DNA from: Chrysomallon squamiferum
Lineage: Eukaryota > Animalia > Mollusca
Assembly: GCA_012295275.1 (NCBI GenBank)
Contig: CM022673.1
Span: 15,872,001-15,936,000 of the forward strand
Reading direction: 5' to 3'
DNA: 64,000 nt
Below, piece by piece: positions 14,224-26,454 of the stretch; within the stretch, counting starts at the first letter, position 1, and each line of letters begins with the position of its first letter. A program made the position numbers and the translations under genes. Under the pieces are notes generated by a model. The model was not told the DNA's origin, searched no databases, and was given only the letters and a program-made list of their open reading frames with translations.

Positions 14224-15428
14224 TAAATGAATAAACATGTAAGCCTATATTACGTCATATGTCTCATACAGTTAAAAACTATATTCTCCCTTCTCCGTTT
14301 ACAAACTTTTTGTTCCAAACGTTCCAAAATATTTTCTTTGACGATGACACATTTGTTTCATTATTTACATCATAAGACATTGTTTTACCAAAATTTGGCC
14401 GTGGTACCTCCTTCAAGTTAACATTATTTTGTCAGCTCCAAACAAGTCCAGTACATTTAACCAGACATATACCTGAAAATAAACCTCGCATAATATTTGG
14501 TTTTATTTCAAAAATGGACTCGCCAATACTTACTCCTGCTTCCTCTGCTATTTTCGCTTGTTCCGGCGTAGTGACGTCCATGATTATCCCCCCTTTTGCC
14601 ATTTGAGCGAGTCCAGCCTTGACCTTGAACGTTCCTAAAAATACAGGAAGGAAAAACGAATCACCTTATTTAGTGACGACTCAGACCCATTTTAAGTCTG
14701 CGTACGATTACAGTTATGACCCCGAAGATATGAAAGGCCACTGAGATAATAAAGTTGCTACATTTATCTCTAATAAATAAGTTCGGTTTCAAATAGGATA
14801 GTACATTCCATGACATTTATGGAATTAACATCCCATGGCCCCACCGAAGAAATCGATTTTAAGCAGATGACACATATAAGGGAATAGAGATAGAATTAGA
14901 TTTACAGACAGAGACGGAGACGACGGACCGACAGAAAGATGATTTATCAAAGGCTTTGGAATATATTTCCTGGTATATAGGAAGGTACATATAAGATTCC
15001 TTGATATTAATAAGTAACAATAAATCATAAAATGTTTTCCCCTTATGCCAGTTTAGATAATAATGTATGTCCGACCTCTAATATTTAAATATAGTCAGGC
15101 ATCACTAAACATTCATTCCTGTCATCCACATTCTCTTGCATACTGGCGATGAGAAACGAAACCCACATCCGTCAGTTAATTAGCTGATTCGTACAATAAG
15201 AATCAATGGATACATAACAGAGACAGGAATGTTCAAACCATATCCATTAATAGATTAGTCGTGGGACTCTATGCAGAACGGGAAATAACCTAATCGGCTC
15301 TAAAAGTTATTTGTAATAATGACTCCAGTAATTAATTTCAACAAACCTATTTTTCTCTCCGTTGTCAGATTCATGTCAGCAACCAAGTTTGTCACCTCCA
15401 CTGATCCGTTCTGGAATGAACTCGCCAT
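12434..15428 (-). CDS. PDX1: Pyridoxal 5'-phosphate synthase subunit PDX1 (PdxS/SNZ), ~312 aa, 7 coding exons
   Basis: Exons 15428-15347, 14634-14534, 14115-14035, 13872-13752, 13401-13255, 12977-12795, 12657-12434 (939 nt, no stops). Motifs [110 protein letters not shown]. Confidence 0.97.
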
Positions 15429-16311
15429 TTTTTTTTTCGCCTTTATTTTATTTTTATTTTTTTTTACGAATAATTTTCACGTTGAATTACCTCTGAAATG
15501 TGATGCAGTATATGACATTATGTATACAATATTATCAATAAACTGTAAGTAATGAGAGACAGAGGCAGACACAAAACCAAAATATTAAAATCGAACTGCA
15601 TGGAATTTATTAAAAAGGTGTATTAAACATAGTAGTAGAAGTAATAGTAATAGCAGCAGCAATAGTCGTATTAGCAGTAGTGGTAGTAGTAAAGTTATTG
15701 TAACAGTATTGATGGTAGTAGTAGTAGTATAACAAATACAAAATAATTTTGAAAGTTATATGATGGTAATTAATACGACTACGAAAATGCTATAGCTACA
15801 ATCATTATTATGTCCAATTATACTACTACAACTACTACCACCAATACTATTACAATAACTGATACTACTACCATTACTGCTACTACGACTATTACTTGCT
15901 TGATCATGATCAATATTTGTTGAGTTATAAATATTATAATTACACGGTAATGATCGTCACGATAATTAATACTATAACCATCATCATCTTTAATATCATT
16001 ATTATAGTCATATTAGTATTAAATATATCATTATCATTATTTTTATCATCATTATTAACAATAACTATTAATATTGTCAAATCGTTATTAATAACATCAT
16101 TATCATTATTATAAAGATATATTATTATTAAGATATGATTATCATTATTATTAAGATATCATTATCATCATTATTAATATATTATTATCATCAGTTACTA
16201 CTTCATATCATCTTCATATTTATGGTTTATGATAAACATAATCTACATATGTAAAAGATAAAACAGAATTTTTCCATGTAATACAACATGAAATAAACAA
16301 AGCCTACTCAC

Positions 16312-16673
16312 GTGGACAGTGCCGTTTCAGCCTGGTAAAAACGTATGGTCACCTCTGGCTTAAACACAATATTTAATCTATATCCTTTCCGCACTAATAG
16401 TTCTTCATTCACAATCCTAACACCTGTTACGTAGTTGCTCTGTTTATGGCTAACACCTGCTAAATATTCATGAGCTCCTATCAAAACTGATGAAATACAT
16501 ACACGCAATCCCTGAAGAGGTCTCGGTGTTTTAACCCAACAAAGAGACTCTACTATCACGAATATTTTCACCGTGATTCACATTATTAAAACCGAGACAA
16601 ACTCAGACTGAGGCTAATACGAGTTTCCTTTCTATGTCAGCCGTTACGCTTTTCTAAGTTAAGTCTCGTTAAG
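16312..16673. promoter_or_regulatory. Inferred bidirectional promoter plus non-coding first exons of PDX1 (minus) and PDX2 (plus)
   Basis: Minus-strand donor CAC|GTGAGT at 16312/16311 and plus-strand donor AAG|GTGAGA at 16673/16674 bound a non-repetitive island. Both first coding exons have unpaired acceptors just upstream of the ATG (minus TTTCAG ending 15493; plus TTTCAG ending 19378). Confidence 0.55.
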
Positions 16674-17485
16674 GTGAGATTTCGTTTGTATGCTACGCTT
16701 TTGGTTCTGATTATCAACATTATTTACATTCATGTATTTGATCGCTATCCTCGGTAAACGGTACTGTCTTTGTACAAAAGTAATAGTTAATTGATTAATT
16801 TTATGTTATCATCGACAGAGCCGACCATTATTATGGTTTATCACTTTATGTTTAACTCGTGGTAAAACACTAATAATGTAATATTTCAAAAATTCGATAT
16901 ATAACAGTTATTCTGGCCTATTGCTACATTACGATACAACGATTTACTGATATTCTAGAATGCGATATGCCTTTACGTTACACTCTAGAAAGCTGTATAA
17001 CTTATTGATATCCTAGAATGCGGTATGTTTTAGATCTCTAGGCTGAAACACGGTATCTATTAAAAAAAAATAATAATAATAATAATAATTTTTTTTATCA
17101 CTGAGACAGAAAGAGATGTTTGGGACTGAAGTGGAAACATTTTTTTTTTAACCTTTGTGTCTTACAAGATATGTATGGCCTATATAATATACCGTATGTT
17201 TTGTACATAAATGTAAAAGTTAATAAGCATATCTTTTCAGGCTAATTTATCAGAGTTGAGTGCTTAAATTTATTTATCCACAACAAAAACATAAATGCAA
17301 TGAAAGTCTATGTCTGATCATACAAGTTGTCAATTAAATTATCTTCGTTTTGATTAATTTATTTTATATTGTTTTTACTATTTATGTATATACTTTGCAA
17401 GTTAGGTGAACATTTTCTAATTTAAGTATTTTTTATTTCCTGTCTTTATCTAGTACGTAAATTTTGTTCTCCTGTATCAAAGAAA

Positions 17486-17566
<81 letters not shown>

Positions 17567-19280
17567 TGTGTGTTGTAGTTATTGTTGTTGTTACATTTAT
17601 TTGTAATTCAAGGGAGATTACTGTTTATATATTTTTTGTATTATTTTGTGTAGCGGCAATTTGTTTATGTACTTTTTGTATATATTTATGTATTTATCCG
17701 TTTCCGTGTGTACATGTGTGAGTGTATGTATTGTGTATGTATATGTATATGTTTATGATATGAAGATGGTATTATTAGTAGTAATTGATGATAATGATAT
17801 CTAAATAATAATGATAATGATATCTAAATAATAATGATAATGATATCTTAATAATGATAATAATAATGTTATTAATAACGATATGACAATAATAATAAAG
17901 TAATAATGATGATAATAATGATAATGATATGGTTGATACTAATATGACTGTAATAATGATGTTAAAGATGATGATGTTACATTATAAATGGATATATCTA
18001 TGTATGTATGTGTGTGTGTGTATGTATGTATGTATGTATGTATATGTGTGTGTGCGCATGTTGAAGAGTTTGTGTCTGTGAGTGTGTGTGAATATATTAA
18101 TGTTGTGTGTGTGTGTGGCGAATTCAGTTTATAATTTGGGTCATTTCGCGAAATAAATTTGATTTGTTTTCTTCTTTTTTTCTTTTCATTGTCTGTATTG
18201 TTAACATTTAGTATGACAAATATGTCAGTAACCTGATTAAAGAAAAATGTCAGACATGTGACCTGTCTAAGTCAATGTCACCAGGAACGATAACTGTAAT
18301 AATTAAACAGTCAAAACTGTGCGAAGAGGAAATAAACTGAAAGCAAACATCTAGCAAATAAATTAATAAAACGTAAACATTATTTGTATACAGTAGTTGT
18401 GTTAGAAGTAATTTTAGCTGTTGTATTAACAATAACTGAAGTGGACGTATTAGTAGTTACTGTTACATTAATAGTAAATGCAATATTTGTAAATTTGCAA
18501 CAGTAAGAGTAGCAGTAGTAGAAATATTAATATTAATACAAGTAGATGTTGTAGTTATAATAGCAATCATCATCATCATCCTCTTCATAATAATAATAAT
18601 AATAATCATCCTCTTCATACAATAATAATAATAATAATAATAATCATTACAGATGCCATGAAATAAAATGTTCTTTTTTTATAACTTCAATTCAGATCAA
18701 TCTGTTAATTAAAAAAAAAAAAATTAAATAAATTGCTGAAAACTTTATCACACTTCTTTATACAAACAGTTTACAGAAACCTTCTAACTGTGACACCTGT
18801 TAATTGTTACATCAGTCTTGTTTCAATAAACCTGTAAATGTTCGTAACTGATAAGTCTGTGATAAGATGTGTAGTTAAAATAAAACATCATAAATGTAAT
18901 CGGTAAACACGAAATGTTTAGTTTGTTAGAAAAACACAAACTTTCCTAATGATAAAGCATATGATTATAATGTAACAATTAGCCTGATTACAAAAACGAA
19001 AAAGGGCCTCTTTTTTGTTTTTATGTACTCTGACTTTAATTCATATATTAAAATGTAAAAAAAAAAAGTAGGTATAATGAGAGATTCAGTAAAATTTTAC
19101 TTATCACTAATGATTATGAAGGTACATAAGAAGACTGTAAACCTGTACCACTATAATATTGTTGTAATGAGTAATTCTGCTCCTGAAGTAAACAGTATAA
19201 ACAGTATTATAATGAGATACAATCTTGCATTGTTGATGTGGTTATTATTTCTTCTTCTTCTTCTTCTTCTTTTCTTATTC

Positions 19281-19329
<49 letters not shown>

Positions 19330-19414
19330 CACATATTTTTTGTGATTATCATTATATATTCATCCTTTAACGTTTCAGGACTCAAATTACTATCACGAAA
19401 CGTCCCGCCTAACC

Positions 19415-20445
19415 ATGCCAACCGAATCATCTTCTAAACCCGGAATTCACTGTAAAATAGGTATTTTAGAAATACAAGGAGCATTTCTGGAACATGAAAC
19501 TGCCTTGACCCAAGCAGGGAGAAATCTAGGTGTTTCCATAGACATACACGGGGTACGTCAAGTCTCAGATATTAAATCGGATATAGATGGCCTCATTATT
19601 CCTGGAGGGGAGAGCACTACGATGGGATTATTTCTGGAACGTCATGCTATGACGGAGCCGCTCAGGAAGTGGATAAACAGCAAAGACAAGGTCACGTGGG
19701 GTACCTGTGCGGGGATGATTCTTCTAGCTAAAGAGATGGAGAACCAGAAAGAAGGTGGACAGAATTCGGTAAGAAATTTAAATAAAAATAATACAAAATA
19801 AAAGAAAGAAAAATGAAACCAAAGCACACGAATATTGTTTTATTTTCGGGTGTGATGATTTATTTCTCGTTCTTGCCAAAGACATCAAATGGTTTATTAA
19901 AAGAGGTGTTATGTTAAAAAGAAATCGCTTTCTTCCAATACACTACATAATTATTATCATAATATATAAAACTAATATAATTCTTAACTTGTTATATTAT
20001 AATATTTTAATTATATATTCATTACTGTAAGTAATATGTTTACAATTATTTTTTTTGTTTTTTTTTTTTTTTTTTTTTTCCCCAGCTACAAGCAATGGAC
20101 GTGGTCGTATCCAGGAATTACTTCGGTCGTCAAGTTAACAGTTTTGAACAAGATATAGAAATCATAAGTTCAGAATTAATTTCTCAGATCGGACACTCAA
20201 CAAACGCTTCCACGTATCACGGGGTTTTTATCCGGGCTCCAGCCGTTGTTCGAATTACCCATCCATCTGTTGAAGTACTTGCCTATCTAAAGAAAACAGA
20301 CACTGGTGACAAGGTTACTGTGGCTTGTCGTCAGGGTAATATCATATCTACAGCTTTTCATCCGGAATTAACCGGAGATACACGATGGCATCAATTCTTT
20401 TTGAACACAATTTTGGCGAACAAAATCAAATCAACATCCAGCTAG
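19415..20445 (+). CDS. PDX2: Pyridoxal 5'-phosphate synthase glutaminase subunit PDX2 (PdxT/SNO), ~237 aa, 2 coding exons
   Basis: Exons 19415-19768 and 20086-20445 (714 nt). Motifs IGILEIQGAFLEH, DGLIIPGGESTTM, WGTCAGMILLA (catalytic Cys), RNYFGRQVNSFE, VFIRAP, AFHPELT (catalytic His/Glu). Confidence 0.97.
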
Positions 20446-20541
20446 AGTCCACTGAGAATTTTTATTTTTGTAATGTGTGATGGATCTTGGTTAAAATAAT
20501 AAAATATGAATTTAAAATATACATGTAAGTACCTGTATTGT

Positions 20542-20578
<37 letters not shown>

Positions 20579-21490
20579 GAGTTTGTGTTTCTGCACTTGT
20601 GATATTATGTAACAGAATGAAATGCACATAATCCGGCTGTGAGGAAATATACATAGATTTTATTCATTACTGTTTCCTCGCTTAAAAGCAAATACTATTG
20701 TACCAAGAATAAATATTCAAATCAACCAAATTTATAAAATTGTTTTCTTGTTTGATTATTGTTATTTTTTTTTTTTCTTTGCTTTCTTCAAAATATCAAC
20801 ATTAATAAACTAGAAATAACTTTAAAAGTAAAACTGAAAAAATGTTCAGGAAGAAAAGACAAAAATCTTTTACGAATCTGAATATAGATAATTTACGAGA
20901 AATAAAACTGTAAAAATAAGAAGAGATGAAACCATATTTCGTTTCACTGGTTAATTTGCTGAAAATTGCATCGATAAAATTATTCATTTCTCTTGCTATT
21001 TCTTCATTTTTTTCAGCTCAGGCATGTTGCTTAAACTGAAAAAACCAACAAAAACAAAGAAAAAAGAAAGAAAGAAAAAGAAAAATCAATTAAAATTTGA
21101 ACTCTTCGTAAAATGCAATATAGACGTTCAGTATAATCTTTTTAAACGTGTTTGACAAACTTTCCGTTGTATGTCAAGAGTGAGGGTACTACAAATGTTT
21201 CAGAATATGCGAATAATATAAACTAAATAGTTTTTGTATGCTTTAAAATGTATGTTTTATTTGTCATTGAAATCAGTATTTACTGAATGTGAAGTCTTTG
21301 TGTGTTACAAGAAATGTGTATGTTTGTGTGTCTGCTTATTTAATTATTTATTTTGAAAAAGATGCTTACCTCCTCCTTCCTCTCTTACTAAATTCCCGAT
21401 TAACAGGAAAGTTTATTAATAATGTCTGTCTGCTTATGAACTAAATTATGAGGAAATAAGAATTTAAAATTATATAATAGAGGAGCTATA

Positions 21491-21587
<97 letters not shown>

Positions 21588-22281
21588 TTCTTGCCTCCTC
21601 TGTTAAATAACAGGAGCACCATTTGAGGTGTTTTTAGCAAAACTATGGAGATATGCAAACTTACAATTTTTCAGTGCCGTGACGCCTGTTTGGAAATCGT
21701 CTGTTCCACTAAAATCCTCAGCCATGCACAATAAAGTTGTTGCGTGTGTTCGTTTGTAATTGTTTTTTGTCTTTTTTTGGACGGGATGTGTGTTCTGTTT
21801 TCATTTATTTATGCTTCTTTTTTGTCTTTTTTTTTTTTTTTTTTTTTCAGCCATGGTCTTTAATAATAGTGAATGTGCAGTCTAGTTCAATATTTCTCAA
21901 CTATTTCATTGTCATTCACTCTCTAGTGTTTACAAAAATTTTCATTCACCTGTAAATAACATTCCTGATGTTTTGGACAATTTTCATTTCTAATTTCAGT
22001 CCCACAAAATGAAAGGAGAGGGCTGTAGCGATGTACACGATGAGGCAGGGGAATCAGGTTACTTTCATCTCGTTTTTATAAAACACAAAAAGAGCAAGAT
22101 CATTTACTGATTAAATATATTTCATAACTGATTTTCAAAATAACAAAAACAGTAAAACAAACAAGTAAAAAATAAAAGCAAAATCTTAGGATCAGGCAGA
22201 CAGAAAGAAATTTAAATTTTCTTAGCATAAATTACTATAGATGGGATTTATCAAATTTACACGAAGAAAACTACTAGATAT

Positions 22282-22346
<65 letters not shown>

Positions 22347-22754
22347 AACAATAACAAAACAAAAATAGTAAAGAATTCATAGATATTTATTTTTTAATTT
22401 AATTTTTTAATTTAATTTAACTGTGTACAATGGTATAACTTTATTATATTTGCAATAAATAAATAAAAATACTAATATAAAAAAAAAATTACTAATAATA
22501 ATTGTTTCACATAATTCTCATCTGATTCAAAATATCTGGCTATAGTGGCAGAAAAAAATGGGCACCACCAATATAAATGAAAGCTATTAACTTTTTTTAT
22601 TTTTATTTTTATTTTATTTTATTTTATTTATTTTATTTTGCATCACAATATGTTGGTCAGTCTGGTTATGTACCATTGGAAAACACAGCAATTCAAAGGT
22701 GCGGTATCGTCTTTTTGATTTGATTATTTTTTACTTTTTTGTGTTTTTTCCTGT

Positions 22755-22795
22755 CCGATACCGAGTCAAATGTTTCGGTGTCGTGTCGGTATCGG
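22755..22795. repeat. 10-bp perfect inverted repeat (CCGATACCGA / TCGGTATCGG), probably a DNA-transposon end remnant
   Basis: Arms at 22755-22764 and 22786-22795, with further CGGTATCG-like copies nearby; CpG-rich against an AT-rich background. Confidence 0.45.
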
Positions 22796-22819
22796 GTCAA
22801 TGGAATTCTAGTACATTGC

Positions 22820-22944
22820 AAATGATTGGTTAATCTAGTTACGAATATCCAATGAAAGGAAGCCTTTCATAAGTGGGGGTTATTTTTTGACAGTGCGAGA
22901 TCAAAAACAAACAACGTGGCAGAAGATGTTGACGAACTTTAATG
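22820..22944 (+). promoter_or_regulatory. Putative TMEM263 promoter and non-coding first exon
   Basis: ATTGG/CCAAT boxes at ~22825 and ~22849, donor ATG|GTAAAT at ~22944, and an acceptor at 23911 preceding the first coding exon. Confidence 0.4.
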
Positions 22945-23996
22945 GTAAATTTAAAAGACATAATTAATGTACTGAGATTTTCAAAACCTGTTTTGCATTT
23001 AGATTTTGTATTTGATTTATATGTAGTTGTTATACTGTCATATAAATAATTAGTTTCATTTAGTCGATGCGTTAGTTAAGAGCTTTAAATTTGCTAGAAA
23101 AATCGAAAAGAAAATATCGTAAACGAGCCACTAAACTAGTAATTAGAGTTCACTAATGGTTCAGAATTAGTTGTTTTAATTGTTTTAGCTGTTTGGACTC
23201 CTTAATTTAACATATTTATTTTCATTTTCTTGTGTATTTAATATAATGTCAAAAATTTTTGTCAGTCACTGCATTATTTCTAATAACATTCACAAGCCGT
23301 ATCGTGGAAATATTATTGAGCATTTTAAATTCACAACAAAACAGTATTACGTGAAGCTAAACATAATAGCATCTTAAGTTAATACATACCATATATTAAC
23401 AACAGTCTGTTTCATACTTTAGAGTCAGTTCTGTGTGCTACGTAAAACATAACTAGCAGTACTATTAAAAATAGCAGTCTTTGCATAACTTGTCTTGGAG
23501 AGTATAAAACAAAAATATATATGTATAAATAACAAATTCTGTTTATTATTGTCATTTTATATAATAATGTAAATATTTTTTTTAGATAGAAGTTTAATAT
23601 TACCAGTCAATTAACTATATTTTAACAAATTGATTGTTTTCTTTCTTTGTCTCTAGCATCATAAACTTTTTGTGGTAGTTCAGAAGAATAGTAATAACAA
23701 ATTAAAAGCTATTATGATCATTTCATTTTGTTTTATTAATCATAATGTTTTGTATTTACATAATAAAAAGCCAGATCAATTATTAAAACTAAATTGTAGG
23801 TAGAGGCAAACTTTTTAAATTGTTCTCATTTTTGATGAAGTGATCATTTCATTTTGTTCAGTATCATTAATTTACTTCATTTAATTGTTATATATTTGTT
23901 TTGTTTTTCAGAAAAATCACAAATGTGTTTCTCTAAAAAGAATTTGTGACAAAGCAATCATTTTGAAGTTTGTTTTTAACTGTATACTGCCAAATC

Positions 23997-24439
23997 ATGG
24001 CAAGCATCTACAACAGTATTAAATCATGTATATATAAGGTATGTGTATTATTTTGTTCACTCAGGATTAGGCCTCATAAAATTATATGACTGACAGTTCA
24101 GTAAGCAAAATGACAAGTATTAATTAAATTCAAATTAAAAAAAAAAAAAAAAACTAGTTATAAAAATTACAAAATAAGTTTCTAACTAAATTAATACATG
24201 GATAAACATTTGGTATGACCATTTTTAAATTATTCAAATTTGTATCAACAGATATATCATAATGTTTTAAGTTAATAGAATAGTGTCATATGATTTTCAT
24301 ACTGATATTCAGCAAAAAGAAGACAAAATTCAGCATAACAATCCTAGATGGATTGAAATTATCAGAATGTGACGATTGCAATAAAGTCTAATTTAATTTT
24401 TTTAATTAATAAACACTTGTAGAACTGTATCTCTTATTG

Positions 24440-24495
<56 letters not shown>

Positions 24496-26454
24496 TCTCT
24501 CTCTCCAACACATATACATGTAACCTTATGAAATATTTTCAGAGTCCTGCATCTGAACAGACAGAAGTTATTACAGATGTTAATGCAGTAAAGGAGACAG
24601 ATGCTCCAGAATACATAGTTGATAAAAAGACAGATGAACTGACAGGTGAAGGAACATTCACTTCTACCCTTTCTGATTTAAAGGATTATTTATTTCTAAT
24701 TAAGATATTAGAGTGTAAAATGATTGCTGTTATTATATGAGCTACTTTGATACAAACATTTATGTTTCCTTCTTGTTATGATGTAGGTACATAATCTTAG
24801 ATAAAATAGTCATGGAAAAGTGATAGAATAAAAGAATATGAAAATCATGGATACTGGACATATCTGACAAAATTATGTTATTTGAGAAGAAAAAAAGATA
24901 AGCAAAATGCAAAAGTAACGATTTCAGTTATTTTTTTAGTTTTTAAAGTGTGTAACTTTGAGTCATTAGATAATAAACCACTCTGTTTGCTGAAAAAGAG
25001 CATCATGTTTGAACAACATTTTAATAAGTGTAACTAAATATGTTCAATTTTGCCTAGCAAGAGTTTGGTTTCAAAATAACCAGCAAAACTGACAGAGGTA
25101 AAAGAAAGTATTCGTTTTAATACATAATTCTTCTACATAGTTTGGTGTTTCCAGAGTTTGATGGGTCAACTTTCAGTCATAAAATGGCTAAATGAAGTCA
25201 GAAGTTGCATATTATCAAATAATATATATTAGATTTAAGTAGAGATGAAATTTTGTTCTATTTTTTTAAAATTGTGTATATATTTTTTTTGTGTAGTTGA
25301 AGATACAGCTTTGTGGCATTAAACATTTGTGGCTCTGTAACTTACCCATGATTTTCACATGTACCAACACATCTCAACAATCACAAACAAAATTGGGTAT
25401 CTAAATCTAGTATTTTTTAGATGTCTGCTTCACTGATTATAACATTTACATGTATTACTAAAACATACATAAATATGTTACAAATAAAGTAGTTAAACAA
25501 AAACTAATTTATAACAGAAGGCAATATTTGATTTATTTGTGGCTTTATTGATTTAGTAAATAATTAATTTGATAATGATATATTTTGAAATAAAGACTGA
25601 AAAAGCTGGATATTTAATTGTTTATTTCTTTCTCTCACTTTTTGGTTAAAAACAGTTTGGTTGAATTTTTTATGCTGTTGACAATTTAATTAGATAATAA
25701 TGATAAACTGTTAAAATGATCCTCATGTGAAAAAAAGAAATAGTCCACCTGTATTAATTTTTGTAATCCAGTTCTAACTGTAACAAATTTCAACAGCAAA
25801 AGAGTGTAGTTAGAATATATAGGTGCCAGTTTTCTGTAGTTGTGACATCTTCAGATACTTGGCAGACCAGTACACAATGGTTTCTCATAGAGATTCCTGT
25901 TCTGAAGTATGAAAATGCTGTGATAAGAAGTTTGTAACTGTATTATTCTGATCACAGGTCACTCAAACCAAATAAAATAATAGCTCTTAAGTACACAGAA
26001 TATTTTTAGACAATTCATTCATACAAGATTAATTACATCCTTATTATTATTTAGTAAATTTTAATAAATATTTTCTTACATATTTTTGTTCAAAATTTGT
26101 ATAAGTAAAAAAAAGAATATCATCAGATTTACAGTAGTTAGTCTGTTTTATAGTACCAGGTATTCATTAAATTGTCATCTGTTCATTATCATTATAATAT
26201 ATATTATTATTATTATTATTATTATCATCATCATTTTTATTATTTTCATATTATTTGTAGATCCCAGTAAACAGCCAGGTATAGTGTGGAGAATGTCTAG
26301 TGGTCTGTATAGTACAGCAACAGGTGCAGTTGGAATGGGTGTTGGTGGAGTGAAGTGGGTAGCAGGAAAGACATATGATGTTGGGTCAGCAGTGGTTAGC
26401 AAAGTCCCAAAGCCTTCAGTCCCTACATGGAGTCGCAAAGATAAAAAGGAATGA
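23997..26454 (+). CDS. TMEM263: Transmembrane protein 263 (UPF0444/C12orf23 family), ~112 aa, 3 coding exons
   Basis: Exons 23997-24038, 24543-24645, 26261-26454 (339 nt, phase-consistent). QPGIVWRMSSGLYSTATGAVGMGVGGVKWVAGKTYDVGSAVVSKVP...KDKKE matches the family pattern. The two N-terminal exons are less certain than the last. Confidence 0.82.

Noticed and set aside
12434-20445. PDX1/PDX2 as bacterial or symbiont contamination
   Set aside because: Seven canonical spliceosomal introns within the coding regions, some with host-type microsatellites, and contiguity with animal genes.
22009-22057. Possible alternative first coding exon of TMEM263 (MKGEGCSDVHDEAGES)
   Set aside because: Phase fits the last exon, but the donor is weak, it lies upstream of the apparent promoter, and there is no homology support.
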